64,000 bases of DNA from Nitrosopumilus sp. (GTDB lineage: Archaea > Thermoproteota > Nitrososphaeria > Nitrososphaerales > Nitrosopumilaceae). This document shows positions 9,892 to 19,195 of the stretch, one piece after another (within the stretch, counting starts at the first letter, position 1; every line of letters begins with the position of its first letter). The notes under the pieces are model-generated. The model had not been told where the DNA came from. It was given only the letters and a program-made list of their open reading frames with translations, and searched no databases. The stretch is taken from positions 960,001 to 1,024,000 of the forward strand of contig OZ242220.1 of NCBI GenBank assembly GCA_965206745.1, written 5' to 3'. The position numbers were made by a program, and so were the translations under genes.

Positions 9892-10560
9892 TTACCGTAT
9901 TATTTTCTCTACTTCCAAGGAGCACTCCTCCATGTCTTTAAACGAGTCTATGGAGTACCACCTTACATTCTTGAATTTTTCAATAGCGAGTCTTCCTTTT
10001 TTGGCATAATCTGGAAAGACTGTCTTTTCAATATCTCCCTTCTCTGGCAAATCCTTGAGGATGCTCTTATCCAAATGGTAAATACCTGCATTCATCCAGA
10101 CATCGGAAACCTCTTTTTTTTCCTTGAATTTTGTTACTTTGTCATTTACGGATTCCAGTATTCCAAACTTTGTTCTCAACTCTATTGATGCAATGCAGTT
10201 TGGTTTTTTGGATAGTTTTTCTAGATTTATGTCAGTTATGATGTCCCCATTTATTACAAAAAATGTCCCATCTTTGATCATTTTGCCTGCTTGCTTAATT
10301 GCACCCCCGGTACCCAGGGGGGTCTTTTCAATGGAGAATTTTATTTTGATTCCAATCTTCTTATTTTTTAGATGATCCTCGATCATCTCTTGCTTGTACC
10401 CCGTGCAGATTATTGCTTCGGATATGCCGTGTTTTTTAAGATATCGTAATTGCCACTCGATGATTGGAATGTTCTTGATTGGTACTAGTGGCTTTGGGAC
10501 ATAGTCTGTAACTGGTCTCAGTCTCTTCCCCCTGCCACCAGCTAAAATTATCGCCTTCAT
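9892..10560 (-). CDS. Sugar-phosphate nucleotidyltransferase
   Basis: ILAGGRGKRLRP, PKPL, LGTGGAI, NGD. Confidence 0.92.
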   Translation of the reverse strand: MKAIILAGGRGKRLRPVTDYVPKPLVPIKNIPIIEWQLRYLKKHGISEAIICTGYKQEMIEDHLKNKKIGIKIKFSIEKTPLGTGGAIKQAGKMIKDGTFFVINGDIITDINLEKLSKKPNCIASIELRTKFGILESVNDKVTKFKEKKEVSDVWMNAGIYHLDKSILKDLPEKGDIEKTVFPDYAKKGRLAIEKFKNVRWYSIDSFKDMEECSLEVEKIIR

Positions 10561-10809
10561 CTATTGAACGTTGGATTTTTCAGGCTTTATGTTTTCAGAT
10601 TTCACAATATCCTCCATTTTTTTTGCAAATTCATTGTAGATTTGTTCTAGTTCTTTTAGCGGCATCTCAATGCCCAATAACTTTAGGGTCTTATTCCAAG
10701 ACTCGATGTATTTCTCATCATCAAGCCCCTTTCCAAGGGTTTCAGCAATGGAGTGCACACCCTCAGTCTTTCCTAAAGCGTAAATTGCAATGTCCCTGTC
10801 AGTCAACAA
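10561..10809 (-). CDS. Hypothetical protein
   Basis: 82-aa ORF abutting the nucleotidyltransferase start. Confidence 0.75.
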   Translation of the reverse strand: MLTDRDIAIYALGKTEGVHSIAETLGKGLDDEKYIESWNKTLKLLGIEMPLKELEQIYNEFAKKMEDIVKSENIKPEKSNVQ

Positions 10810-10937
10810 GATCCTTCACTTTCTGTCAGATAGTAATGTAGTTCAGTGTAGCATTCTACACAATAATCCTCAAATTTGGTATGATCACAATCATACACCT
10901 TTTTGACATCATTTTCACATTTTGAACAAGTAGGCAT
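10803..10937 (-). CDS. Small Zn-finger-like protein (44 aa)
   Basis: MPTCSKCENDVKKVYDCDHTKFEDYCVECYTELHYYLTESEGSC*; CxxC/CxH/CxxC; fits exactly between co-oriented genes. Confidence 0.75.
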   Translation of the reverse strand: MPTCSKCENDVKKVYDCDHTKFEDYCVECYTELHYYLTESEGSC

Positions 10938-10946
10938 TGCAATTGC

Positions 10947-11339
10947 CTAGGATTTCTTTATTTTGAATATGCCCAATCCAATCTGAATTAGGCCTGCACT
11001 GATTAATGGAATTGTCTCAGAGAGGACATCCCTGCCAGACTCTTCTGCCTCTACCGGATCCGCATTGCCAATTACCACTGCACCGCCGACTATAATCAGA
11101 ATACCTGCCACTATTATCATAACTCCAAGTCCTTTTGATGATTCCTTTCTTGAAATGATATATGCGATGATTGGCAATATCAAGGCTGGAAGTCCCAATC
11201 CCATGCCTCTAACTTTATGATCAAATGGTATGAATCCCTCTCCGCTATCAGAACTATACCCTACAACTACATCTATCCCGTATACTACCAGTAGTGCGAT
11301 CGCTATTCCAGTTATGATTAAGGCGGGGGTCAAGGCCAT
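10947..11339 (-). CDS. Hypothetical membrane protein
   Basis: About 4 hydrophobic segments. Confidence 0.8.
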   Translation of the reverse strand: MALTPALIITGIAIALLVVYGIDVVVGYSSDSGEGFIPFDHKVRGMGLGLPALILPIIAYIISRKESSKGLGVMIIVAGILIIVGGAVVIGNADPVEAEESGRDVLSETIPLISAGLIQIGLGIFKIKKS

Positions 11340-11368
11340 GACGTGGTTTAATTCTTGTAATTAATAAA

Positions 11369-12517
11369 TCAATCAGATGTCTTGATGATGGCTTTCGGTT
11401 TTACTTTGTGCAATTTATCCAATAGTTCATCAACTGATTCACCCTCAATTCCAACGATGTTGAGATGCCCCAACTTTCGCAGCGGTTTTGATATTTTTTT
11501 GCCATACATTTTCAAAGATATCCCCGGACCTGCAATCTCCAATGGCTCGTATCCTCCTGTAAATCCCTCACTTCCTAAAATATTATACATTACAGCATTG
11601 TAAATTAGATTAGTGCTGCCCAACTCCAATCCCAAAATTGCTCTTAAATGTTGTTCAAACTGTGACGTTTCACTGGACTGCAATGTGTGATGACCTGAAT
11701 TGTGCACCCGTGGGGCGATTTCATTAACTACAACACCTTGATCTTTGGTAACAAACATCTCTATCCCAAAAATGCCCGCACCCCTCAGTACGGTCATTGT
11801 TTTTTCTGCTATGTGCTGAGCCTGTTTGGCGATTTGATCAGAGACCCTGGCAGGGGCAATCGTTTCCCGCAAAATGTTTTTCAGATGTATGTTCTCAACT
11901 AGGGGATATGTCTTGATCTGGCCTTGGGTGTTTCTAGATGCAATTACTGATACCTCCATGTTAAAGGGGACAAATTTTTCTAAAAGCAGGGGCTGTCCCT
12001 TAAAATAATCAAAGGCCTTTTGAATTTCATCTTTTGAGTCGATTTTAAAATTGCCTCGTCCATCATATGCGTCTCTACGTGCCTTAAGCATGGCAGGAAA
12101 TCCAAATTTCTCCAGTCCTGCCTTGACATCCTCGATATCTTTTACCTCCATAAATTCTGGAACCGGTATGTCGTTCTCACTTAGAAATGATTTTTGTAAA
12201 AATTTGTCCTGGATGATCTTCAAAGTCTCAGGCGACGGATTGACTTGGGCCCTGTCTTGAACTGATTTTAAAACATCGCTGTCACCTGATTCAATCTCAT
12301 AAGTGATGATATCTGATTTGTTTGCCAGATCTATGATGGCGTCCCTATCTTTAAAATCAGCAATTATTTGTATGGCGCCCACTTGTGATGCAGGGCAATT
12401 TTCGGTAGGATCTAAGACGATAATTTCAGATATCTCATCAGGCATTTTTTTAGCAGCCTCGACAATCATCATGCCCAGCTGGCCTCCGCCTATGATTCCA
12501 AGTGTCTTTGCCATCAC
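11369..12517 (-). CDS. purK: N5-carboxyaminoimidazole ribonucleotide synthase
   Basis: GIIGGGQLG, YDGRGN, NEIAPRVHNSGH, RKLGH. Confidence 0.95.
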   Translation of the reverse strand: MMAKTLGIIGGGQLGMMIVEAAKKMPDEISEIIVLDPTENCPASQVGAIQIIADFKDRDAIIDLANKSDIITYEIESGDSDVLKSVQDRAQVNPSPETLKIIQDKFLQKSFLSENDIPVPEFMEVKDIEDVKAGLEKFGFPAMLKARRDAYDGRGNFKIDSKDEIQKAFDYFKGQPLLLEKFVPFNMEVSVIASRNTQGQIKTYPLVENIHLKNILRETIAPARVSDQIAKQAQHIAEKTMTVLRGAGIFGIEMFVTKDQGVVVNEIAPRVHNSGHHTLQSSETSQFEQHLRAILGLELGSTNLIYNAVMYNILGSEGFTGGYEPLEIAGPGISLKMYGKKISKPLRKLGHLNIVGIEGESVDELLDKLHKVKPKAIIKTSD

Positions 12518-12620
12518 AAATCGGATATTTTTGGATTAAAAATATCTAATGTTGCCTCAAACAGTAAACTCTGTGCTGTATAATAGAATTGTTAATTACT
12601 CGCTAGTTTTTTGTATTATC

Positions 12621-13196
12621 ATGGCATATTCAAAAAAGCCGCTTGTCGGAATTATAATGGGATCAAGCTCAGATAGCAGAATCATGCAGGGGGCAGCTGA
12701 GATTTTAGATGAGTATAATATCAAACATGAGGATCAGATTGTATCTGCACACAGAACTCCTGCAAGGTTGGCAGAATATGCAAAACATGCAGAAGAGATG
12801 GGGTTTAAGATCATTATTGCTGGTGCAGGCGGAGCCGCCCATCTGCCGGGAATGATTGCATCCCACACAACTATCCCAGTCATTGGGGTTCCCATACTAG
12901 TGTACAATGACAAACATCCAAAAAAATCCGACACTGCAAAATTTTCTGCATTTGGGGGATTGGACTCACTTTTATCCATCACAGAAATGCCATCTGGCTC
13001 TCCTGTTGTAGCTGTGGGGGTAAACAAGGCAGGCAATGCAGGAATTTATGCAATGAAAGTGCTTGCAAATGAGTTTCCAGACTTGAAAAAAACCCTAAAA
13101 GAACACAAATCAAATCAACACAACTCAGTCATCAAGGAATCAGATCAATTGAAAAAAGAAGGACTCTCAAAATTTGCCAAAAGGAAATTCAAATGA
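12621..13196 (+). CDS. purE: N5-CAIR mutase
   Basis: IMGSSSD, SAHRTP, GAGGAAHLPG; ATG MAYSKK. Confidence 0.95.
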   Translation: MAYSKKPLVGIIMGSSSDSRIMQGAAEILDEYNIKHEDQIVSAHRTPARLAEYAKHAEEMGFKIIIAGAGGAAHLPGMIASHTTIPVIGVPILVYNDKHPKKSDTAKFSAFGGLDSLLSITEMPSGSPVVAVGVNKAGNAGIYAMKVLANEFPDLKKTLKEHKSNQHNSVIKESDQLKKEGLSKFAKRKFK

Positions 13197-13197
13197 C

Positions 13198-14406
13198 TCA
13201 AGTTAACAGTGTGAATTGAATATTTTTCTTTTTTAATGCATCAATGAACAGTTCTGCCTGTTCTTTTCCCTGGGTTTCCAGACTCAAAGTCACTCCTGCA
13301 GAGCCTGCATTGATTTTTGAGCTCAGCCTATCATGGACCACTTCAACGATATTTGCGTTGGCCAAGGTTATCTCATCGACAATATCTTTGAAAGCCCCCG
13401 GCCTATCTGGCAGTAAGATGGATATTTTTAGCAATCTGCCCATTGCGGCAAGTCCTTTGTCTACTATTTGTCCTAATAGATACATATCCACATTGCCACC
13501 TGCCAAAATCACCACAACTTTTTTGCCTGCTGCAGGCTTTTGAGATATCAGGTAGGCCAAACTCGAAGCCCCTGCCGGCTCTACGACAAACTTCATTCGT
13601 TCCATTAGCAAGAACATGGCCTTTGTAATTTCTACATCATCAACTAAAACTATGTCGTCTATTAGCTCCTTGATTATCTCAAAGGTCAACTGTCCTGGAA
13701 CTTTTACAGATATGCCATCGGCAATGGTCCTCTCGCCCCCGCTTGAAGTGATTGAACCCTGTTTGAACGAATCATGCATGGATGGAAATGATCTTGATTG
13801 GACCCCAATGACTTTGATCTGCGGATTTTTTTCTTTGATGGCAATCAGCGTTCCAGCGGCTAATCCCCCGCCCCCTATTGGAAGATAGATTTCCTCAACA
13901 TCAGGCAAATCTTCTAGTATTTCCAGACCTATTACACCTTGAGCCGCGATTATCTGTGGATCATCAAATGCGTGAATCATTGTGGCACCTGTCTCCTGTG
14001 CTATCTCTTTAGCTTTGTTTGAAGATTCGTCATAATTGGTGCCTTCCAGTACTACCTTTGCGCCATAGCCCCTAGTAGCTGCCACTTTGGCAGGGGATGC
14101 ATTTTTTGGCATCACAATAGTGCATGGTATTTTTTCCAAGGATGACGCAAACGCGACACCTTGCGCATGATTACCTGCTGATGCTGCAACCACGCCCTGT
14201 TTTTTTTCTTGATCTGATAATGATTTTATTTTATAGTAAGCCCCACGAATTTTAAAAGAACCTGTCTTTTGTCGAAATTCTGTCTTTAGATAAATCTCCG
14301 AACCAGTTAATTTACTAAATGTTGAGGAGTGTATTAGCGGCGTCTTCTTTATCTCATCACCTCGTAACGAATTGGCATTTTCTATTTCATCATATGTGGG
14401 GTTCAT
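13198..14406 (-). CDS. ilvA: Threonine ammonia-lyase with ACT domain
   Basis: QKTGSFKIRGA, SAGNHAQG, PIGGGGL, C-terminal DRPG ACT domain. Confidence 0.93.
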   Translation of the reverse strand: MNPTYDEIENANSLRGDEIKKTPLIHSSTFSKLTGSEIYLKTEFRQKTGSFKIRGAYYKIKSLSDQEKKQGVVAASAGNHAQGVAFASSLEKIPCTIVMPKNASPAKVAATRGYGAKVVLEGTNYDESSNKAKEIAQETGATMIHAFDDPQIIAAQGVIGLEILEDLPDVEEIYLPIGGGGLAAGTLIAIKEKNPQIKVIGVQSRSFPSMHDSFKQGSITSSGGERTIADGISVKVPGQLTFEIIKELIDDIVLVDDVEITKAMFLLMERMKFVVEPAGASSLAYLISQKPAAGKKVVVILAGGNVDMYLLGQIVDKGLAAMGRLLKISILLPDRPGAFKDIVDEITLANANIVEVVHDRLSSKINAGSAGVTLSLETQGKEQAELFIDALKKKNIQFTLLT

Positions 14407-14587
14407 GGGAAATGTTGCTATTGATTTGGGGTATTTGACTTCTTCTACAGAAGTGTTACATCTTTGACCAAATTTTTAAGCGTAAAGCTTCAGGAATGAC
14501 TAAATAGTTAGAAAATCTCGCTGAAGGTATATCCAGAAGCCGGATCTCCCCTTTGAGATGATATCTCATTTTCCGGTTTCTTGGATC

Positions 14588-15427
14588 TTATGATGAAATC
14601 ACGGTTTGAAGCACATCTAGTCTCTTTAGAATATTTTCTTTGACAGTGTCGGAGATTTTTCTAGGATCAAATACCCCCTGGCGACTGCCGTTTTTGATAA
14701 ATTCCAAATCCAATGTTAACAGACACCCCTCCTCCCCTGCAACCAACCTTGGATCATCAATTAGTACAGGTGATGCCTGGTACGTTTCAATCAAAAGTGA
14801 ATCAAGTTCAGAAAACAATTTGGTCTTTTTTTCAGACATCTCTTGGAAATCCACCCCTGCATCTTTTTGAATTTCGGCAAATATTTTCTCCCTGAACTCA
14901 TCATTTTCATAAAACACCTCAAATAATTTCTGGTGATCAAAGTCCTTGTATCCCATCTCCTTTAATTTTTCTAAAACCACCTGATCACTTTTATCTGAAA
15001 GTTGCTCTTGCTCGTTTTTTGTCAAGTCAATGATTCTTGCCAATTCTTTTTGACAGTCAATCACTCGCTGATTTGGCTTGTAGTATAGTAATACGTGAAA
15101 CTGCAGTGACAGGTGCCCTGATATCAAATAGTTGCCTTCTTTAATCTCAAATTTTGTAAAGATTCTTCTCAAATCCTGATTGTTTGTAATGGACACATCT
15201 TGGGCAGACCATCCTTCAAGGGAATCGTTGATTTTCTGAAAATAATCCGAAACAAGTTTTGGATCAAATGTTTTTTGCTCCGTAATGGTAGAATCACCCA
15301 TCATCACTTTGGTGTCGATCATTTTTGTCAGATCGATGATTTTGGGCAGGTATGATTTTTGGATTGATTCGTTTTTTTCATTTAGGATCTGAATAAATTC
15401 ATTGGGTGTTCTGGAACCTAATCTCAC
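14588..15427 (-). CDS. Hypothetical protein
   Basis: 279-aa ORF, GTG start. Confidence 0.8.
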   Translation of the reverse strand: MRLGSRTPNEFIQILNEKNESIQKSYLPKIIDLTKMIDTKVMMGDSTITEQKTFDPKLVSDYFQKINDSLEGWSAQDVSITNNQDLRRIFTKFEIKEGNYLISGHLSLQFHVLLYYKPNQRVIDCQKELARIIDLTKNEQEQLSDKSDQVVLEKLKEMGYKDFDHQKLFEVFYENDEFREKIFAEIQKDAGVDFQEMSEKKTKLFSELDSLLIETYQASPVLIDDPRLVAGEEGCLLTLDLEFIKNGSRQGVFDPRKISDTVKENILKRLDVLQTVISS

Positions 15428-15494
15428 AGAAAATATCAGATAATCGCTCTCCTTAAACCTTCATCCTTAAATCTGAATAGATGGAATGTAAAAC

Positions 15495-15617
15495 ATGAAC
15501 AATTTTAAAATCCCATGTGATCATTGTAATGATGATATTACCGAATACTATCATGATGGATACAAGGGGAAAAGGGGCAAATGTCACAGGTGTGGAGTGG
15601 ATTTTCCTCTGGAATAA
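15495..15617 (+). CDS. Small Zn-ribbon protein (40 aa)
   Basis: MNNFKIPCDHCNDDITEYYHDGYKGKRGKCHRCGVDFPLE*; two CxxC; ends 3 nt before the cyclase; TTAAAT upstream. Confidence 0.75.
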   Translation: MNNFKIPCDHCNDDITEYYHDGYKGKRGKCHRCGVDFPLE

Positions 15618-15620
15618 AAG

Positions 15621-16442
15621 GTGGTTTTGATGACTGAAGAAGAAAATGAGATAAAAAAAGATTCGCCCGAGTCGGATCCAACCAACATGGTAGACATGTT
15701 ACTGAGCAAGAATCAACAGCGGACTTTGGATTCTGAAACCATGATTTTGGAAACCCAGAAACGCGTTTGGGGAGCTTTGAAAAAAGGCTACGAATATTCT
15801 GGGATAATTGACGAGTCTGATAGATTTTTGAGAAAACATGTTTTTTCAAAATTAGACATGGTTGTACTGTATGTGGATTTAGTCGGTTCAACCACGATGA
15901 CCTTGGAGATGCCTGAAGAGAAGATTGCGATAATCATTAGCTCGTTTTCACAAGAGATGGCATCGGTGATTCGTCAGAATCACGGATATGTGTTGAAATT
16001 TGTAGGCGATGCGGTGATTGGTTATTTTATTGCAGAAAAAAATGGGTTACTTTCAGCAGACAATGCTGTTAATTGTGCAAAATCCATGATTTCAATCATA
16101 CAAAAGGGAATCAATCCGATTCTAAACCAATACGACTATCCTGATTTAATGGTAAAGATCGGCGTCGATATGGGACAAAACATTGTTGTGAGGTATGGTG
16201 CAGATGTAGAACACTCACATGTGGATTTGATGGGGCCTGCCATGAATATTGCATCCAAAATTCAAAACATGGCAAAACCCAACCAGATTTTGATTGGCAA
16301 TGATGTATTTCAAAGAATACACCCTAGCTCACAAAAGGACTTTGTTCAGATAGTTTGGAAAGAGGGCGAGTGGAAATATCGTTCTAGGGCCACAGGTGAA
16401 ATTTACAATGTTTTTGAGTTCAAAGAACAAACCGACTTGTAA
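15621..16442 (+). CDS. Class III adenylate/guanylate cyclase
   Basis: VDLVGST, KFVGDA, KIGVD, GPAMNIASKIQ. Confidence 0.9.
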   Translation: MVLMTEEENEIKKDSPESDPTNMVDMLLSKNQQRTLDSETMILETQKRVWGALKKGYEYSGIIDESDRFLRKHVFSKLDMVVLYVDLVGSTTMTLEMPEEKIAIIISSFSQEMASVIRQNHGYVLKFVGDAVIGYFIAEKNGLLSADNAVNCAKSMISIIQKGINPILNQYDYPDLMVKIGVDMGQNIVVRYGADVEHSHVDLMGPAMNIASKIQNMAKPNQILIGNDVFQRIHPSSQKDFVQIVWKEGEWKYRSRATGEIYNVFEFKEQTDL

Positions 16443-16727
16443 TCATGTGGTAAATTTGCAAGGACACTCTACGTGCTCATAGTGATGCTCTGTAAATTTT
16501 TTTTGAACTACATAAATTACAATTTTATGTAACTCTCTTTCCAGGATCTCACTTTTACATTTTAGGCAGGATTTTTTAATCTGTTCCATACGTATCTGCG
16601 ATCAAAATTACGAATCTATAAGGATCTGCGATCAGCTCAAGTTGAGCTAAAACGCCTGAAGATTGAGTTAATGGTATATCAAATGCGTAAAGCAAGCCAC
16701 AAATATGGCAAATATTCGCTGTAAATC

Positions 16728-17096
16728 ATGGAAAATGCGATGACAGGCCACCTACGTGACCTTTATGGATTAAATCCAAACATCCCCCATGTGGCATTTC
16801 AATTTCCAAGACTACCTCCGGGACTATCAAATCAAATGTTCAAAAACCATGAGAATCCGATGAAAAGGCAGTTTCTGCAAAATGCAGAGAATATGGCTCA
16901 AAAACTTCAAGGATTCCAACACATGTATCAGCAATATGCCGCAGGGCTGTTGAGCATGAACTCAGATGTCATTCCGCCTGGCCATCCGGCATATACTAGA
17001 AAAAATTCCATAGAAATGCTACGAACAGAGAACGACAAACTGATCAAAGAGAACTTGGAATTAAAGAAAAAGATAGATAAAACAAACACAAAATAG
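16728..17096 (+). CDS. Hypothetical protein with C-terminal coiled coil
   Basis: 122-aa ORF; LRTENDKLIKENLELKKK. Confidence 0.7.
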   Translation: MENAMTGHLRDLYGLNPNIPHVAFQFPRLPPGLSNQMFKNHENPMKRQFLQNAENMAQKLQGFQHMYQQYAAGLLSMNSDVIPPGHPAYTRKNSIEMLRTENDKLIKENLELKKKIDKTNTK

Positions 17097-17159
17097 CAGT
17101 GTCAGTCCCAAAAGCACACTAGGCAACATGCTTATTAATTTCAAAAAAATACTTTAATC

Positions 17160-17546
17160 ATGGTAAAAACTCCTGCAGGTAAATGGAAAGAGGCTGTAAT
17201 CAAGTACAAGGAACAGTGCCAAAATATTTTAAAAATTTCAAACGATATCAGATATGCAGGAGTTATCAACATGCATGGTCGAACCCTGACTGGAATCATA
17301 AGACCGAATCTAAAACCTCTCTTAAAATCAGAACATGTTAAAAATGAATTCTTTATAATTTCAACCCTGATATCATTAAGAAAAGAATCCAGCACGGATA
17401 TCGGTAAACTGGAGCACGTGGTTCTGCAACATCAAAAAGTGGCAATTCTTATTTTACAAAAAAACAATGTCACATACTATGTTTCAATCAATAAAAAAGA
17501 AAAAAACTTGGAGAAGATTGTCTCCAAGATTAAAAAGACGATCTAG
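17160..17546 (+). CDS. Roadblock/longin-like thaumarchaeal protein
   Basis: IRYAGVINMHGR motif typical of the thaumarchaeal roadblock-like family. Confidence 0.7.
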   Translation: MVKTPAGKWKEAVIKYKEQCQNILKISNDIRYAGVINMHGRTLTGIIRPNLKPLLKSEHVKNEFFIISTLISLRKESSTDIGKLEHVVLQHQKVAILILQKNNVTYYVSINKKEKNLEKIVSKIKKTI

Positions 17547-17956
17547 GCTGGTGTAAATCCTTGATATCCGCCTGTCTGTTGAGCTTTATCTTCAAAGCTT
17601 GGCTCAAATAATGAAATAAGATAGTCATCAGGATCTAAAATTACGGCATTTTTTCCTGCATCTTTTTCAACAATGTCGCGATGAATTGTGACTCCTTTTG
17701 CTCTTAGTTCTTCAACTGCAGACTTTACATCGCCGACAAGAAAACCTATGGTGATTCCGTTTTCAATGGAACTGCCAATATGTTGTGCCGTCAGCGATGC
17801 CGGATGCAAACTCAATAAAGCACCAGAAGTACCCAAATCAACCCAAGATCTTCTCTGATTCTTTATCGGAAGTCCGATGATTTCGTGGTAGAACTGGAGG
17901 GATTTATCAATGTCCTTTACAGCCAAAATTACATTGCCTACTTTTTTGATATTCAC
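17543..17956 (-). CDS. VOC (glyoxalase/bleomycin resistance) family protein
   Basis: VKDIDKSLQFY, DPDDY. Confidence 0.88.
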   Translation of the reverse strand: MNIKKVGNVILAVKDIDKSLQFYHEIIGLPIKNQRRSWVDLGTSGALLSLHPASLTAQHIGSSIENGITIGFLVGDVKSAVEELRAKGVTIHRDIVEKDAGKNAVILDPDDYLISLFEPSFEDKAQQTGGYQGFTPA

Positions 17957-17992
17957 AATAGCCGTATGTCAAAGTTCTTTAAATCAATTGCG

Positions 17993-18211
17993 TCACTGCA
18001 CTTCAACCATGGTTTCTGTCCTATCCACACCGGTGATCTTTTGAATTTGATTGGCCACCTCTTTGAGCAGAACCAGTTCTTTTACGTCAATTATGGCAAC
18101 TGCGTCAAATTGCCCGCTTGTCGGAAATGAATCCACTACAAAAGTAATTTTCTTTAATCTTGCAGCGATTAGCTTTTTAGGGGATTTTACCAAGATGATT
18201 GCCCTTACCAT
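17993..18211 (-). CDS. Stand-alone Lrp/AsnC ligand-binding domain protein
   Basis: SGQFDAVA...ITGVDRTET. Confidence 0.85.
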   Translation of the reverse strand: MVRAIILVKSPKKLIAARLKKITFVVDSFPTSGQFDAVAIIDVKELVLLKEVANQIQKITGVDRTETMVEVQ

Positions 18212-18444
18212 CCCATATTCACCTCCACCTCGATTAATGTCTCAGTCGTGACAATGTCTTTGATTTTTTTAAAATCTATCACCATGTTGTTTATCTCATC
18301 AATATTGCCTTGTAACAGCACACTGATGTCTGCTCTTCCCGTCACCACCATGATCTGTTTTATGATTCTGCGCTTTTTCTTTAAAATTCCCACAACAAAA
18401 TCCACTTTGCCCGGCTTGACAGTGATCAAACATAGTGCACGCAT
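18205..18444 (-). CDS. Stand-alone Lrp/AsnC ligand-binding domain protein
   Basis: TGRADI...DIVTTET. Confidence 0.85.
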   Translation of the reverse strand: MRALCLITVKPGKVDFVVGILKKKRRIIKQIMVVTGRADISVLLQGNIDEINNMVIDFKKIKDIVTTETLIEVEVNMGW

Positions 18445-18480
18445 GTTTAGTATAGAACATCGGATCGGATAAAGATTGCC

Positions 18481-18765
18481 CTAGTCAGATGCCTCTTGTG
18501 AACGTGCTTCTTCAAGATATGCCCGTCGCTCTTCGTTAATCCTTTCTTGATCGATTACAATATCATCATCAACTATGACAATGCCTGCATCTACGGACGG
18601 ATCGTTGAATTTTTTGCCCTTTGCTTTGGATTTTGTAGTTTTTGCCGATTTTGCCGACTTTGCAGTTTTTGTCGATTTTGCAGCCTTTATGGTTTTTCTT
18701 TTAGATGCATCTTTCTTTGCGGACTTTTTTTTCACAATTTCTTTTGGAGCTTTTTTTACAGCCAT
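18481..18765 (-). CDS. Lys/Ala-rich low-complexity protein
   Basis: AKS/TK triplet repeats followed by an acidic C-terminal half. Confidence 0.75.
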   Translation of the reverse strand: MAVKKAPKEIVKKKSAKKDASKRKTIKAAKSTKTAKSAKSAKTTKSKAKGKKFNDPSVDAGIVIVDDDIVIDQERINEERRAYLEEARSQEASD

Positions 18766-18882
18766 GAATGTCGAAAATCTTGAGGTGGTAGTGGCTTTTA
18801 AAGATTATGCAGAATTGGCGGTGTAAAAATTGCCTTTAAATTTGCGATCAGACACATTCTGTGATCGTTATAGGCCAATATT

Positions 18883-19158
18883 TTATACCTCATCTTCATC
18901 ATCTGGGATTCGTTGCGTGAGGGAATTTCTGATCCAGATATTCTCAGATTCTGTTAAGATAGTGGAGTTTGGATCATAATTTTGGGTCAGGCTCGATTTG
19001 TTGGTGTTTTTGTAGCATATTGTGGATCCGACAAACAATGCAGTAAACATGTACTGCATTATGCTGTGGCGTTTAGAAAGATAAGCGGACAGATTCGTGG
19101 AAGTAAATCCATGAGAAGGATATCCAACTTTATGACCTGAATCCTGAATGAAGGGCAC
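18883..19158 (-). pseudogene. Possible gene fragment
   Basis: 91-aa ORF downstream of the MORN gene with no recognisable motif. Confidence 0.25.
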
Positions 19159-19195
19159 ATGGAAAAAGCATCGTAGATGGGGTTATGGCTGAAAT

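Noticed and set aside
16570-16725. Open frame with a repeated atctgcgatca 11-mer
   Set aside because: No good start codon; the repeat is too short to be significant
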